A stretch of DNA of 64,000 nucleotides from Spirochaetia bacterium (GCA_963692905.1 OY843583.1:21703-85702), one strand, 5' to 3'. Shown: positions 50,542 to 59,850, counted from the first letter of the stretch. Numbers and translations are program-made. Notes: a model not told the origin generated them from the letters alone.

Positions 50542-51515
50542 AGAGACGACTTGCGGTGCCGGCCAACCTGCTTCTCTTTGGTGAATATACCATTTTAGAT
50601 GATGGCGGAATAGGCATTAGCTGCGCGACCGAACCCTATATGAGCGCAGAGATTATTCCCGCGCCGGAATTGATTATTGAGAGTCATATGCCTCAGGGAA
50701 GACTTATCTATCGGCCTTTCTCAGAGCCGACATATTCTGATACAACAGCAAATTTTTTAGTTCAGCTCACCGACGCCCTTATAGAAGTACTAGAGCTATC
50801 CGAGAAGGCGCAACAATCGGGTATCCGTATAGTGGTAGATAGCCGCCCCTTCTTTAGCAATGATGACACTAAATTGGGGCTTGGCTCTAGCGCGGCATTG
50901 ACGGTGGCCCTCAGTGCGGCACTCATGATAGTCTATTATGATCATGATATAAGCGACCGTGAGGCCTTAATGCCGGTGGCGGTCGCCGCGCACCGCAGCG
51001 CACAGGGCGGGCGGGGAAGTGGCTATGACATTGCCGCCTCGCTTCACGGAGGATGGGGATATTTTCATGGTGGATTGCGTCCTAAATGGGAGCCTTGCCA
51101 CCTGTCATGGATGCCTCATCTTGCGCTGTGGTTCAGCGATAATGCAGTGCTTACTCCACAGGCAATTCGACGCTACTACCTCTGGGCACATCGCAACTCA
51201 CGCGCTCACCAGGAATACCTACATATTAATGCGCAGGCAATCAGACAGTTAGTGCGAGCACGAGTATGGTCTGAAGCGCAGCCAGTCGCGCAGCAGCTGG
51301 CCGACATCTCTGTCGAATTGGGGCGTCAAATTGGAGTACCAGCGACCATACCTTCTCAACTGCAGCAACAGCTAAATCAGTTATCGGAGAGGGGCGACTA
51401 TCTATGCAAAGCACTAGGCGCCGGTGATGAGCTCTTTCTTATTGCCTCATCTCAACCTAGTAGCTACGGTCAAAGGGTAACATTAGCCTCCCAAGGGCTA
51501 CATTGGCAATCCTAA
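50532..51515 (+). CDS. Phosphomevalonate kinase (GHMP family).
   Basis: LLLFGEYTIL and GHMP motif LGLGSSAALTVAL. Assigned by its position between mvaD and mvk. Confidence 0.65.
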   Translation: MPMKRRLAVPANLLLFGEYTILDDGGIGISCATEPYMSAEIIPAPELIIESHMPQGRLIYRPFSEPTYSDTTANFLVQLTDALIEVLELSEKAQQSGIRIVVDSRPFFSNDDTKLGLGSSAALTVALSAALMIVYYDHDISDREALMPVAVAAHRSAQGGRGSGYDIAASLHGGWGYFHGGLRPKWEPCHLSWMPHLALWFSDNAVLTPQAIRRYYLWAHRNSRAHQEYLHINAQAIRQLVRARVWSEAQPVAQQLADISVELGRQIGVPATIPSQLQQQLNQLSERGDYLCKALGAGDELFLIASSQPSSYGQRVTLASQGLHWQS

Positions 51516-52600
51516 AAGGGAGAGGACATGGAAAGTTACTTCTCTTTGGTGAACATGTCATATTACATGGGTATCCTGCGCTAGGTATCGGGGTTCCTCC
51601 CAGTTTGGAATTACGGGCTCGTTCCCTAGCTACTCCGGGCGTAGTATTTAGCGATGCATTACAACAGGGGTTAAAGCGCTACCCTCATCTTCTCCAACAA
51701 TTTGAAAAGGCATTTTTAGTAGCTGGTCGACGCTGGTGGGGCGCTAGGGGAGTTTCTGTTACTGTTCAGAGCAGTGTGCCTATAGGGCGGGGAATGGGAA
51801 GTTCATCCTCACTTTCAGTAGCTGCGGCTCATCTGGAGCTCTACGGTAAATTCTCTCTCTCAGAGCTTACCGCACATCAGAGAGGAGAGATTTGGAAGCG
51901 GGCTCATCATTTTGAGAGAACCTTCCACCATACCCCTTCGGGAATCGACACGGCCTTAGCGCTTGATGCCCCACTCACTATTTTTCGACCAAATTACCCG
52001 GTTAGAGCAGAGAATAGCGCTTATTCTTGGAGAGGAGAGAGCTCTCCCACTGAGAGAGCATCACTTAATACCGAAAATGCTATATTGGAGGCGGCAATAG
52101 TTATCATTGTGCTGCCCCGCTCTAAAGGGGCAGCAGAGCTTATTGGCAGATTGCGCCACCAAGTGAATCAGCGTCCGGCTACTCAGCGCATTATACATCG
52201 CTTGGGATCACTTACCATACAGGCCGTCGACCACATTGTGGCTGGATTCCCCAGCGCTTCAAAGCGCTCTCAGTGGTTAGAAGAATTGGGTCAATATGCC
52301 AACCAAGCCCATCAATTACTTACTGCATTGGAGCTCAATGACCCACTAGGTGATCAGCTACTGACGCAGGCTCGCCGCTGGGGGGCGCTAGGCGGTAAAA
52401 TAAGCGGCGCCGGCGCCGGAGGCGCGCATTGGCTTATTTTTGACAATAACACTGCCCAGCGCCGGGCGCTGGCGGCTATCTACCGCCAGCTACGACAGCT
52501 GTCCCACGCTCGTAGACTAAGCTATCAGCTTTACAGCGGTCGTATAACTGGCAGCCATTGGCAAAACTTCCGCGAGCGACACAAGGCGCCATCTCCATAA
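51503..52600 (+). CDS. mvk: Mevalonate kinase.
   Basis: KLLLFGEHVILHG N-terminus and GHMP motif PIGRGMGSSSSLSVA. Confidence 0.75.
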   Translation: MAILKGRGHGKLLLFGEHVILHGYPALGIGVPPSLELRARSLATPGVVFSDALQQGLKRYPHLLQQFEKAFLVAGRRWWGARGVSVTVQSSVPIGRGMGSSSSLSVAAAHLELYGKFSLSELTAHQRGEIWKRAHHFERTFHHTPSGIDTALALDAPLTIFRPNYPVRAENSAYSWRGESSPTERASLNTENAILEAAIVIIVLPRSKGAAELIGRLRHQVNQRPATQRIIHRLGSLTIQAVDHIVAGFPSASKRSQWLEELGQYANQAHQLLTALELNDPLGDQLLTQARRWGALGGKISGAGAGGAHWLIFDNNTAQRRALAAIYRQLRQLSHARRLSYQLYSGRITGSHWQNFRERHKAPSP

Positions 52601-52616
52601 AGCCCTGAATACTAGG

Positions 52617-54149
52617 CTAACGCGCATATTCTACTACCCGTGTCTCGCGTATCATAGTTACCTTAATACGTCCGGGGTATTGCAGCTGCTGCTCAATAGT
52701 ACGCGCAATATGTTGCGCTATACTGCGCGCCTCATGATCATCTACAATTTCATTATTAACCAGAATGCGCAATTCCCGGCCAGCCTGAATAGCGTAGGCC
52801 TTCTCTACTCCTGAAAACTCGCCAGCAATCTGCTCTAGATTTTTAAGCCGCTTCAAGTAATTATCAATTGATTCACGGCGGGCCCCGGGGCGAGAAGCTG
52901 AGATACTATCTGCCGCCTGCACAATGGTAGCCTCCGAACAACTGAAGGGCACATCGCCATGATGTGCCTCAATGCAATTGATTACCTCGCTACTCTCTCG
53001 GATACGTTTGGCAAACTCTACTCCCAATTCTACATGGGTGCTATCCTTATCTGATTCTATTCCCTTTCCTACATCATGGAGGATCCCGCCGCGCTTGGCA
53101 ATATCTCGATCGCAACCTACCTCCCCAGCAATCATACTAGCAATTATTGCCACCTCTTTGCTATGTTCTAGCACATTTTGACCATAGCTTTGGCGAAAAT
53201 GGAGTCTTCCAATAGCGGGAATAGCTGCCGGATCAATATGGTGAATCTCCAGCTCGTAGAGAGTCTTCTCTCCCCGTTCTTTGATTATCTCGTTGATATC
53301 TTGCTTTACCTTCTCAGCTGTCTCTTCAATGCGAGCGGGATGTATCCGTCCATCCCGTATCAACCGCTCCAGTGTCTGTCGAGCAATCTCCCGCCGAATT
53401 GGATCAAAGCAGGATATTATCACCATACCTGGAGTATCATCAATGACAATGTCTACGCCGGTTGCCAACTCTATTGAATGGATATTACGCCCCTCCTTGC
53501 CAATAATACGTCCCTTCATATCCTCACTGGGCAGTGCCACAGAGGTGGCGGTCATCTCGGCATTTATTACCGGTATAATGCGCTGGATAGCTGCAACCAC
53601 GATCCGCCGGGCTCGTCGTTGAGCATCAGAACTAGCCTCTTGCTCTATCTTTCTGATAGTATTCTGCGCATCATTGCGCGCGTCATCTTCTAGAGAAACT
53701 ATAAGCGAATGTTTGGCCTCTGCGGCCGACATGCCCGATACCTTCTCTAACTCTTGAACAAAGCGATCTTTCTGCTTACTGAGACCTGCTTCAATCTTTG
53801 TTAAGTGCCTCTCTCGATCGGAGAGTTGCTTTAGTGCCTGATCATGCTCAGAGGTACGCTTTTCAAATTCTGCCTCTTTCTCTGAGAGCCGCCGCTCACT
53901 ATTGTGTACAGTAGCGCGATACTCCTGAATCTCCTGTTCCTGCTTTCGCCGATCCTGCAGTAGACCCTCTTTCGCTTGAAGGATTATATCCTTTCGAGCG
54001 CTATCTGCATTCTGCTCTGCATCAAGTATTAATCTCTCTGCGCGGTTCTCTGCTGATGTCAGGAGAAACTTTCCATATATCCATCTAATCATCCATCCTA
54101 AAGCAATCCCAATAAGAGAAGCGGCAACAATAAATATAATTGTTAACAT
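52617..54149 (-). CDS. rny: Ribonuclease Y.
   Basis: N-terminal TM helix, coiled-coil, KH domain and HD domain (HHGDVPFSCSEATIVQAADSISASRPGARRES). Confidence 0.85.
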   Translation of the reverse strand: MLTIIFIVAASLIGIALGWMIRWIYGKFLLTSAENRAERLILDAEQNADSARKDIILQAKEGLLQDRRKQEQEIQEYRATVHNSERRLSEKEAEFEKRTSEHDQALKQLSDRERHLTKIEAGLSKQKDRFVQELEKVSGMSAAEAKHSLIVSLEDDARNDAQNTIRKIEQEASSDAQRRARRIVVAAIQRIIPVINAEMTATSVALPSEDMKGRIIGKEGRNIHSIELATGVDIVIDDTPGMVIISCFDPIRREIARQTLERLIRDGRIHPARIEETAEKVKQDINEIIKERGEKTLYELEIHHIDPAAIPAIGRLHFRQSYGQNVLEHSKEVAIIASMIAGEVGCDRDIAKRGGILHDVGKGIESDKDSTHVELGVEFAKRIRESSEVINCIEAHHGDVPFSCSEATIVQAADSISASRPGARRESIDNYLKRLKNLEQIAGEFSGVEKAYAIQAGRELRILVNNEIVDDHEARSIAQHIARTIEQQLQYPGRIKVTMIRETRVVEYAR

Positions 54150-54224
54150 ATTACCTATTCCTTATTATCGTTTTAATTTAGTTATGGTGATTATATCAGA
54201 TAATAATAGCACTGTCAACTATAT

Positions 54225-54449
54225 GTACACCCTCTTGTAAAAGAAAGTTGAAAATGTCCCTTTGAAAGAAAGATGAGGGGAGCGCTCTACCCTCACCATC
54301 TTCCACGAAGATCCTCGGTGTGCGATGGAGGTGTAGTACACCCTCTTGTAAAAGAAAGTTGAAAATGTCCCTTTGAAAGAAAGATGAGGGGAGCGCTCTA
54401 CCCTCACCATCTTCCACGAAGATCCTCGGTGTGCGATGGAGGTGTAGTA
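54225..54449. repeat. Tandem direct repeat, 2 x 111 bp. Each unit contains module B (inverted), module C and a GC-rich palindromic hairpin (gatgaggggagcgctctaccctcaccatc).
   Basis: The two units are essentially identical. It lies between the rny start and the 3' end of the BNR-repeat lipoprotein gene. Confidence 0.9.
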
Positions 54450-54776
54450 TTGTTATCCCTATCGAAGGTGGGAGAAAAAAAGGAATTGAGCATGCACCGG
54501 GGGAGTGTGTGAAGCACCTCTTCACACAAGAGTGATTTCAGTTTTTGTATCTCCAGAAAGAGAGGCTGGGAGTACCTGCACTGCATACCGTTATACCATG
54601 AAAGTGCAGAGGCTATGCTATAATCTGAGAGAGGGTTCTTGAGGCCAGGGAGAGGACGCCTTCATGAGGAAGCGGGGCAAGAGAGAGGGTTAATCTCCCT
54701 AGCTCCCTCCCCCCCTAAGTATGGCAAGAAGCGACTCTCCCCCTGCAGGGTGCTGCAGGGGGAGAGGTATTCACCG

Positions 54777-55964
54777 TTACCAGGCTCTGGTTATGGTGCC
54801 GCCGCTCCCCACGGCAAGAAAGCGATCATTGCCATACACCACACCACGCAGATTTGCACTTCCGCCATCACGGGAGCTCCACTGTAGGCCATCATTGCTT
54901 ATGACTACTGTGCCAGAATTTCCTACTGCTACCCAGGTGGAATTGCCGTAGGTGATGCCGTAGAGAGAACTCCCGGCATCGCTAGGGCGAGTACTCCAGC
55001 TGATACCGTCGCTACTAGTGAGGATGGTACTCCCACTAGGACTACTACTTCCCACCGCTACAAACATACCATTATGAGAGGCAATGTCGGTGAGATTTTG
55101 ATTCGTGCCACTTTCATGAGCACTCCACGTAGTAGCGTCGCTACTGGTGAAAACCGAACCGCCACTCCCCACCGCTACATAGCGGTTGGTGCCGTAGGCG
55201 ACTCCTAGAAGATCACGCGTCACATTGGGAGTATGCACGGTCCATCTGAGGCCGTCAGCGCTAGTGAGCACTGCTCCTCCCCCTCCCACTGCCGTAAATC
55301 CCCCATCAGCGAAGATAATACTGTAGATATTGGTAGCAGTGCCACTTTCTGAGGAGCTCCAGCTCCTCCCATCACTACTAGTAAGGATAGCACCTTGCAC
55401 TCCTACTGCCACAAAGGTATTGTTCCCATAGGCGATGTCCAAAAAGGAGGCGTTGCTACCGGAGGCAACACTCCAGCTAGTGCCATCGCGACTAGTGAGG
55501 AGTGCGCCACTCCATCCCACTGCCACAAAGGTGGCATTTCCATAGGAAACCGCATTAAGATCAGTTGAAATACCGCTCTCCAGGGCTTCCCACTGTGTTG
55601 CAGTACATCTCTCTACGCCATCACTGGTGGCCTCAAGGCGTACTGGGCTCCCATTACTACACCCATACATATACATGTCTGGGAGACGACTAGGGGTTGA
55701 TGGTGATGCGAGCAATGGCAGCGCCGTCGGTGCGGCACAACCTATAAGGGCAAATCCCCAGATCATAGCGAGGAGTATCCCGCCACTCCATCGACATAGC
55801 GTGCTCCCCCATAGCGGGGTGCACACAATAAGTCCTCTTTTTAGCAGGCGCCTGCGCGCACCCCTTAAGAGGGAGGTACATGCGCTACATGTACCATACC
55901 ATGTTAAAATACAATTAACCTTTCTCATAAAGAACTCCTTGTTAAAAAAAATTTTGTCGTACAA
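54777..55964 (-). CDS. BNR/Asp-box repeat beta-propeller protein (Ycf48-like). Probable lipoprotein.
   Basis: At least six repeats of the form LTSSDGxSWS...YGNxxFVAVG, which match the Asp-box SxDxGxTW. Candidate lipobox ALIGC. The true start is uncertain. Confidence 0.55.
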   Translation of the reverse strand: MYDKIFFNKEFFMRKVNCILTWYGTCSACTSLLRGARRRLLKRGLIVCTPLWGSTLCRWSGGILLAMIWGFALIGCAAPTALPLLASPSTPSRLPDMYMYGCSNGSPVRLEATSDGVERCTATQWEALESGISTDLNAVSYGNATFVAVGWSGALLTSRDGTSWSVASGSNASFLDIAYGNNTFVAVGVQGAILTSSDGRSWSSSESGTATNIYSIIFADGGFTAVGGGGAVLTSADGLRWTVHTPNVTRDLLGVAYGTNRYVAVGSGGSVFTSSDATTWSAHESGTNQNLTDIASHNGMFVAVGSSSPSGSTILTSSDGISWSTRPSDAGSSLYGITYGNSTWVAVGNSGTVVISNDGLQWSSRDGGSANLRGVVYGNDRFLAVGSGGTITRAW

Positions 55965-56722
55965 TCGACATATATAAATATAGGAAAGGTATGCTAATAT
56001 TGCGTGGTTTTTTTAAAAAATTCCTCAGTAGCCGCGGGTAAGAGGCGCCCATGGCTTATCCTCCATGGCGTAGATCTAGGGGCTGTCCCACTTAACTGAT
56101 TTTTGTCCATTTCCTATAGTAAGGAGATGCAAAAACCAAGATTGTCGTCTAGTATCATTAAGACGCTCATTGATTATTTTGTGCTTGGCGCTACTACTCA
56201 GGTCTATGGCCTAAGATCTATGACTTATATCTATGGCGTAGATCTATAGCGCTCATGAATGTGCGAATAGAGCAGTCATGAAAGAGATCCCCACCATGAG
56301 CCGGCGCTACCGGCTTATGCGCTATCCTCCTAGTAACCCGTGGGACACACTTCTGGTAGAGGTATGCTGCAAGAGATGCGTAAGTCATCTCTGGTGCACT
56401 TTCAAAGGTAGCTTCTAGTGAAGGAGGCCTTTCTCAATGAAGGCGCTTGCATCTTGCCTATTGGGTATGAGGCGGAGCTCCTCTCTCTATCGCTCTTAGG
56501 TTGCGAGAGATGAAAAAACTATTAGCGTATAGTCTTGCTCACAGAGGAAGGGTGGAGGAGGTAGTAGAGTAGCTTTTTGTGGCATTTTGTGTCGGAGAGA
56601 GGGGGCAAATGTCGCTTTATTTTCCGCTTAAAAGGTGCAAAAGCCTGTACAAATACTGTTATATCTTGTTACTATATATTCAACTTACAGTCCGTATGGG
56701 CTAAGGGCTATCATATTGGTTT

Positions 56723-56760
56723 GAGGGTTTGTGCTTGGTCGTAAACCCTCGGCCTTTTTT
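56723..56760 (+). terminator. Terminator-like hairpin on the plus strand (GAGGGTTT/AAACCCTC, 12-nt loop, then ggccTTTTTT). No annotated upstream gene accounts for it.
   Basis: Seen directly in the sequence. The T-run is only on the plus strand. Confidence 0.4.
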
Positions 56761-56939
56761 AATTAATTATTACCTATTTAATTACCCATCCCATATTCAA
56801 CAGCCACCATGTTTTTCATGGCGCTTTTTTATTGTAGGCAGAAGCGCAGCTCTCCGTGGTATTTCTTGTCGGAGAAAGGGGCCAGCGCTCTCTTTATTTT
56901 CCTTAGTGAGGGTGTACAAGTACTTGCACACCATACGCA

Positions 56940-56945
56940 TATAAT
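56940..56945 (+). promoter_or_regulatory. Perfect TATAAT -10 hexamer 15 nt upstream of the 56961 start codon. The transcript would have a short leader or be leaderless, and no SD sequence is visible.
   Basis: Hexamer read directly from the sequence. The -35 assignment is ambiguous. Confidence 0.3.
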
Positions 56946-56960
56946 ATATACTTTGCTACT

Positions 56961-58058
56961 ATGAGTGCACCAGCCTCAGATAAGAAGCCACCAGCTCCCC
57001 GCTCCCCGGGCGCATCAGGTACCAAAGACTATACCCACGCCTTTGATCAGGCCGAGTTGGATGAGATCTATCGCACCATTCAAGCTAGAATACGGACCCA
57101 ACGGAGTAAACAGAGCAGCCTCAAAAGCAGTATGCTTGAATCCGCAGCCCCTAGAAAGAATAGCCGCACCCTGCCGCTCATGGTGATTATTCCCTCAATT
57201 CTCATTGCTTTGGTAAGTCTCTTTCTGCTTCTTGAGCGATTTACCGAGAGTCAAATACTCTCTCGTCTCTTTCCCAATTTACGAGACACCAGCGAAGCGC
57301 CTAGTAATGTGAATCAAAATCAGGTAATCCGGAGAATTCAAGATGAGGCGCAGCAACAAATTGCGGATCTACAGATCGCCCTCCTCAACCAACAGCGTAC
57401 CTTGGAATATGTAGAGGTAGAGCAGGAGCGCATAGTCGTCGATCCCAATGATGCACAGCAACAGAGAAACGCTGAGGAGCTTCAGAGAAGCGCTGAGGAG
57501 CTTCAGAGAGGACAGGAGGCACTCCAAGCTGCGGTGCAGCAGCAACGTCAGTTGGAAAGTGAACTCTCCCAACTTGAAAGTCAGGCGGCGCGCTCATTTT
57601 CGGATTACAATGCGCTTGCGGTGCAGCAGGAGCGTCTGGATCTCTTGTTGAATCAATATCTCTCACTTACCACCAATATCCGAGATGCCATGCAGGCCAA
57701 TAATTCTAGCGCAGTGGAGCGAGAGGTGGGACGACTCCGAAGCTATCTCAATACCTTTTCCGCTAGCGAGGGTGGGATATTGCAACCGCTCTTTCTGAGT
57801 GGCGGTAATTTTATTGCTGCAGCTGATGCCTATCTTGAGGCGCTTCGCACCAGCGATCGTCTTGAAGAGGCAGCAGAAGCGACCGCAGCTTTAGATACGC
57901 CAGTAGCTCCGGAGGGCGGAGACGCTCCCTTAGGGGCCCGAGTAGCGGAGTTGGAGCGCACTATTGAGGGGCTGAGCGCTGAGATAACCAACATCCGTCT
58001 CCGAAAAGATATTTGTGAGGATGATCTCACCCTCTGTAAGCGCGATCAGGTAAATTAG
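56961..58058 (+). CDS. Hypothetical single-pass membrane protein with a long extracytoplasmic coiled-coil and a tandem 7-aa repeat (AEELQRS/AEELQRG).
   Basis: Lys/Arg-rich N-terminus, a TM helix (LPLMVIIPSILIALVSLFLLL) and Gln/Glu/Leu-rich heptad-like sequence. It is followed 13 nt later by the cyclase gene. Confidence 0.5.
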   Translation: MSAPASDKKPPAPRSPGASGTKDYTHAFDQAELDEIYRTIQARIRTQRSKQSSLKSSMLESAAPRKNSRTLPLMVIIPSILIALVSLFLLLERFTESQILSRLFPNLRDTSEAPSNVNQNQVIRRIQDEAQQQIADLQIALLNQQRTLEYVEVEQERIVVDPNDAQQQRNAEELQRSAEELQRGQEALQAAVQQQRQLESELSQLESQAARSFSDYNALAVQQERLDLLLNQYLSLTTNIRDAMQANNSSAVEREVGRLRSYLNTFSASEGGILQPLFLSGGNFIAAADAYLEALRTSDRLEEAAEATAALDTPVAPEGGDAPLGARVAELERTIEGLSAEITNIRLRKDICEDDLTLCKRDQVN

Positions 58059-58071
58059 GGGAAGATAGCCA

Positions 58072-59784
58072 ATGAAGATACGGAGTAGATTAATGCTGAG
58101 TATTGTCCCGCCAGTGATTGCGCTTTTTGTGGTAAGCGGTATCATTGGCTTCTCAGTCAGTCGTACCGGTCTCTATAATCTCCAGCGGGATTCCTTGCGC
58201 TTTAAGGCGCAGCTACTGAGAAACCAGCTAGTCGCACAATGGAATCTTCTGGTGGATTTTTCACTCTTCTCTGAACCGGGATATATACAGACCGCACAGG
58301 AGGCCATACAGGACTTTGCCACCACCATCCTCAAACCTCCGGCCGATGATGCGGGCGAAGATGCCACAAGTTCTCAACTTATCTTTGCCGTCATTTCCGA
58401 AGCAGAGAGTGAATTGCGCTCCCTTGCCATGAGCACCGATCCCAATCTGGTCATTTCGCAAGAAAATCTTGCGACCCTCTTTGCTGAGGGTGACAATGAG
58501 CAGGGGGAGATACCATTTCACACCGCAAGGATAGGAAGAGAGCAATATGCCTATACCGCCTTCTATTTTGAACCCTTTCGCTGGACGATATTTGTGGGCG
58601 AACGGGTGCGAATATTTAATGTTAGTGTGCGTATTGTACAGCAGGTATTGCTTATTACCACCCCACTTTTTATCATTGTGCTCCTTATTATCATCTTTAT
58701 TCTCTCTCAGAGCTTAACCCGTCCACTCAGTAACATGGCCAAAAGCGCCCGTACCATTATGGCTGATACCCTAAACATCAAGGCCGATATTCCCTATGAG
58801 TATAATGATGAGGCAGGAACCCTAGCACTTACCTTTAACTCCATGTTCACGGAGTTAGATGGCACCTATGAGGACTTAAAACAGTATGCCTTTGAGAGTG
58901 CTGTAGCACAGCGCCAAGAGAAACGAATCCGCACTATTTTCCAAAAATATGTACCGCAAGATCTTATTAATCGCTACATTAAAAACCCTGAATCGCTCTT
59001 AGTGGGAGAAGATCGTCCCATGGCGGTACTTTTTAGCGATATTCGCAGTTTTTCCGCTATTTCGGAAAAAATGAAGCCAGATGAGCTGGTGCGTTTTCTT
59101 AACCGTTACTTAGCGCAGGTTGTTGAGGTGATTACCAACGCCGAGGGGGTAGTCGATAAGTTTATTGGTGATGCCGTGATGGCGCTCTTTGGCGCGCCGG
59201 TGGCCCACAAAGATGATGCGCTTCGGGCGGTAGAGTCGGCACTGAAGATGCTAAACATTGTGGAAGCGCTTAATAAGCAGGCAGCTCGCGATCATGTTCC
59301 CACCTTTAAGATTGGCGTGGGTATCCATGCCGGTATCGCCACAGTAGGGAATATTGGAAGTGATAAAAAAGTAGAGTACACCGCAATAGGAGATACTGTA
59401 AATCTTGCCTCTCGCCTTGAGGGACTGTGCAAGCAGTATCAGCAGCCACTTATTATTTCAGACGCAGTAGGCGAAGCGGTGAAGAATCATCATCAGCTGC
59501 GCTTTATTGATAAGGTGATAGTGAAGGGAAAGAGTGATACCACCCAGATCTTCACGGTGCTCAGAGAGAAGCAGCCGGATACCCAGGCGCTGCGCCTCTA
59601 CCATAGCGGCATCGCGCATTACTATAAGGGGGCCTTCCAAGAGAGTCAGCGTGAGCTTAAAAAAGCGCATCAGCAGGGGTTGGATGATGCCCTTACCCAG
59701 CAGTTTTTGGAGCGCACGGCTGAGTTGATACAGCATCCACCACCGCCACAATGGAATGGCGCGGTGCCCTTAGAGAGTAAATAG
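58072..59784 (+). CDS. Membrane-bound class III adenylate/guanylate cyclase with a periplasmic sensor region and a HAMP domain.
   Basis: Two TM helices flank a periplasmic domain of about 150 aa. A HAMP domain is followed by the CHD motifs AVLFSDIRSFS and KFIGDAVMALFGAP. Confidence 0.8.
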   Translation: MKIRSRLMLSIVPPVIALFVVSGIIGFSVSRTGLYNLQRDSLRFKAQLLRNQLVAQWNLLVDFSLFSEPGYIQTAQEAIQDFATTILKPPADDAGEDATSSQLIFAVISEAESELRSLAMSTDPNLVISQENLATLFAEGDNEQGEIPFHTARIGREQYAYTAFYFEPFRWTIFVGERVRIFNVSVRIVQQVLLITTPLFIIVLLIIIFILSQSLTRPLSNMAKSARTIMADTLNIKADIPYEYNDEAGTLALTFNSMFTELDGTYEDLKQYAFESAVAQRQEKRIRTIFQKYVPQDLINRYIKNPESLLVGEDRPMAVLFSDIRSFSAISEKMKPDELVRFLNRYLAQVVEVITNAEGVVDKFIGDAVMALFGAPVAHKDDALRAVESALKMLNIVEALNKQAARDHVPTFKIGVGIHAGIATVGNIGSDKKVEYTAIGDTVNLASRLEGLCKQYQQPLIISDAVGEAVKNHHQLRFIDKVIVKGKSDTTQIFTVLREKQPDTQALRLYHSGIAHYYKGAFQESQRELKKAHQQGLDDALTQQFLERTAELIQHPPPPQWNGAVPLESK

Positions 59785-59850
59785 CCTCCCTCATCATCTG
59801 AAGATACGAAGCTCGCTACGGTGAGGCGTCCGCACCGGCGCTACTATTGC

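Noticed and set aside
54225-54449. Possible CRISPR array, given direct repeats with an internal palindrome.
   Set aside because: There are only two copies. The unit is 111 bp with no unique spacers alternating with short repeats. No cas genes are nearby. It is a tandem duplication of the dispersed A/B/C element.
54196-54586. Three overlapping minus-strand ORFs (109, 63 and 60 aa) whose proteins contain a duplicated peptide (…LHLHRTPRIFVEDGEGRALPSSFFQRDIFNFLLQEGV… twice).
   Set aside because: The duplication is simply the translation of the 2x111-bp tandem DNA repeat. There is no RBS or start context, and the sequence reads open in several frames. It is treated as non-coding repeat.
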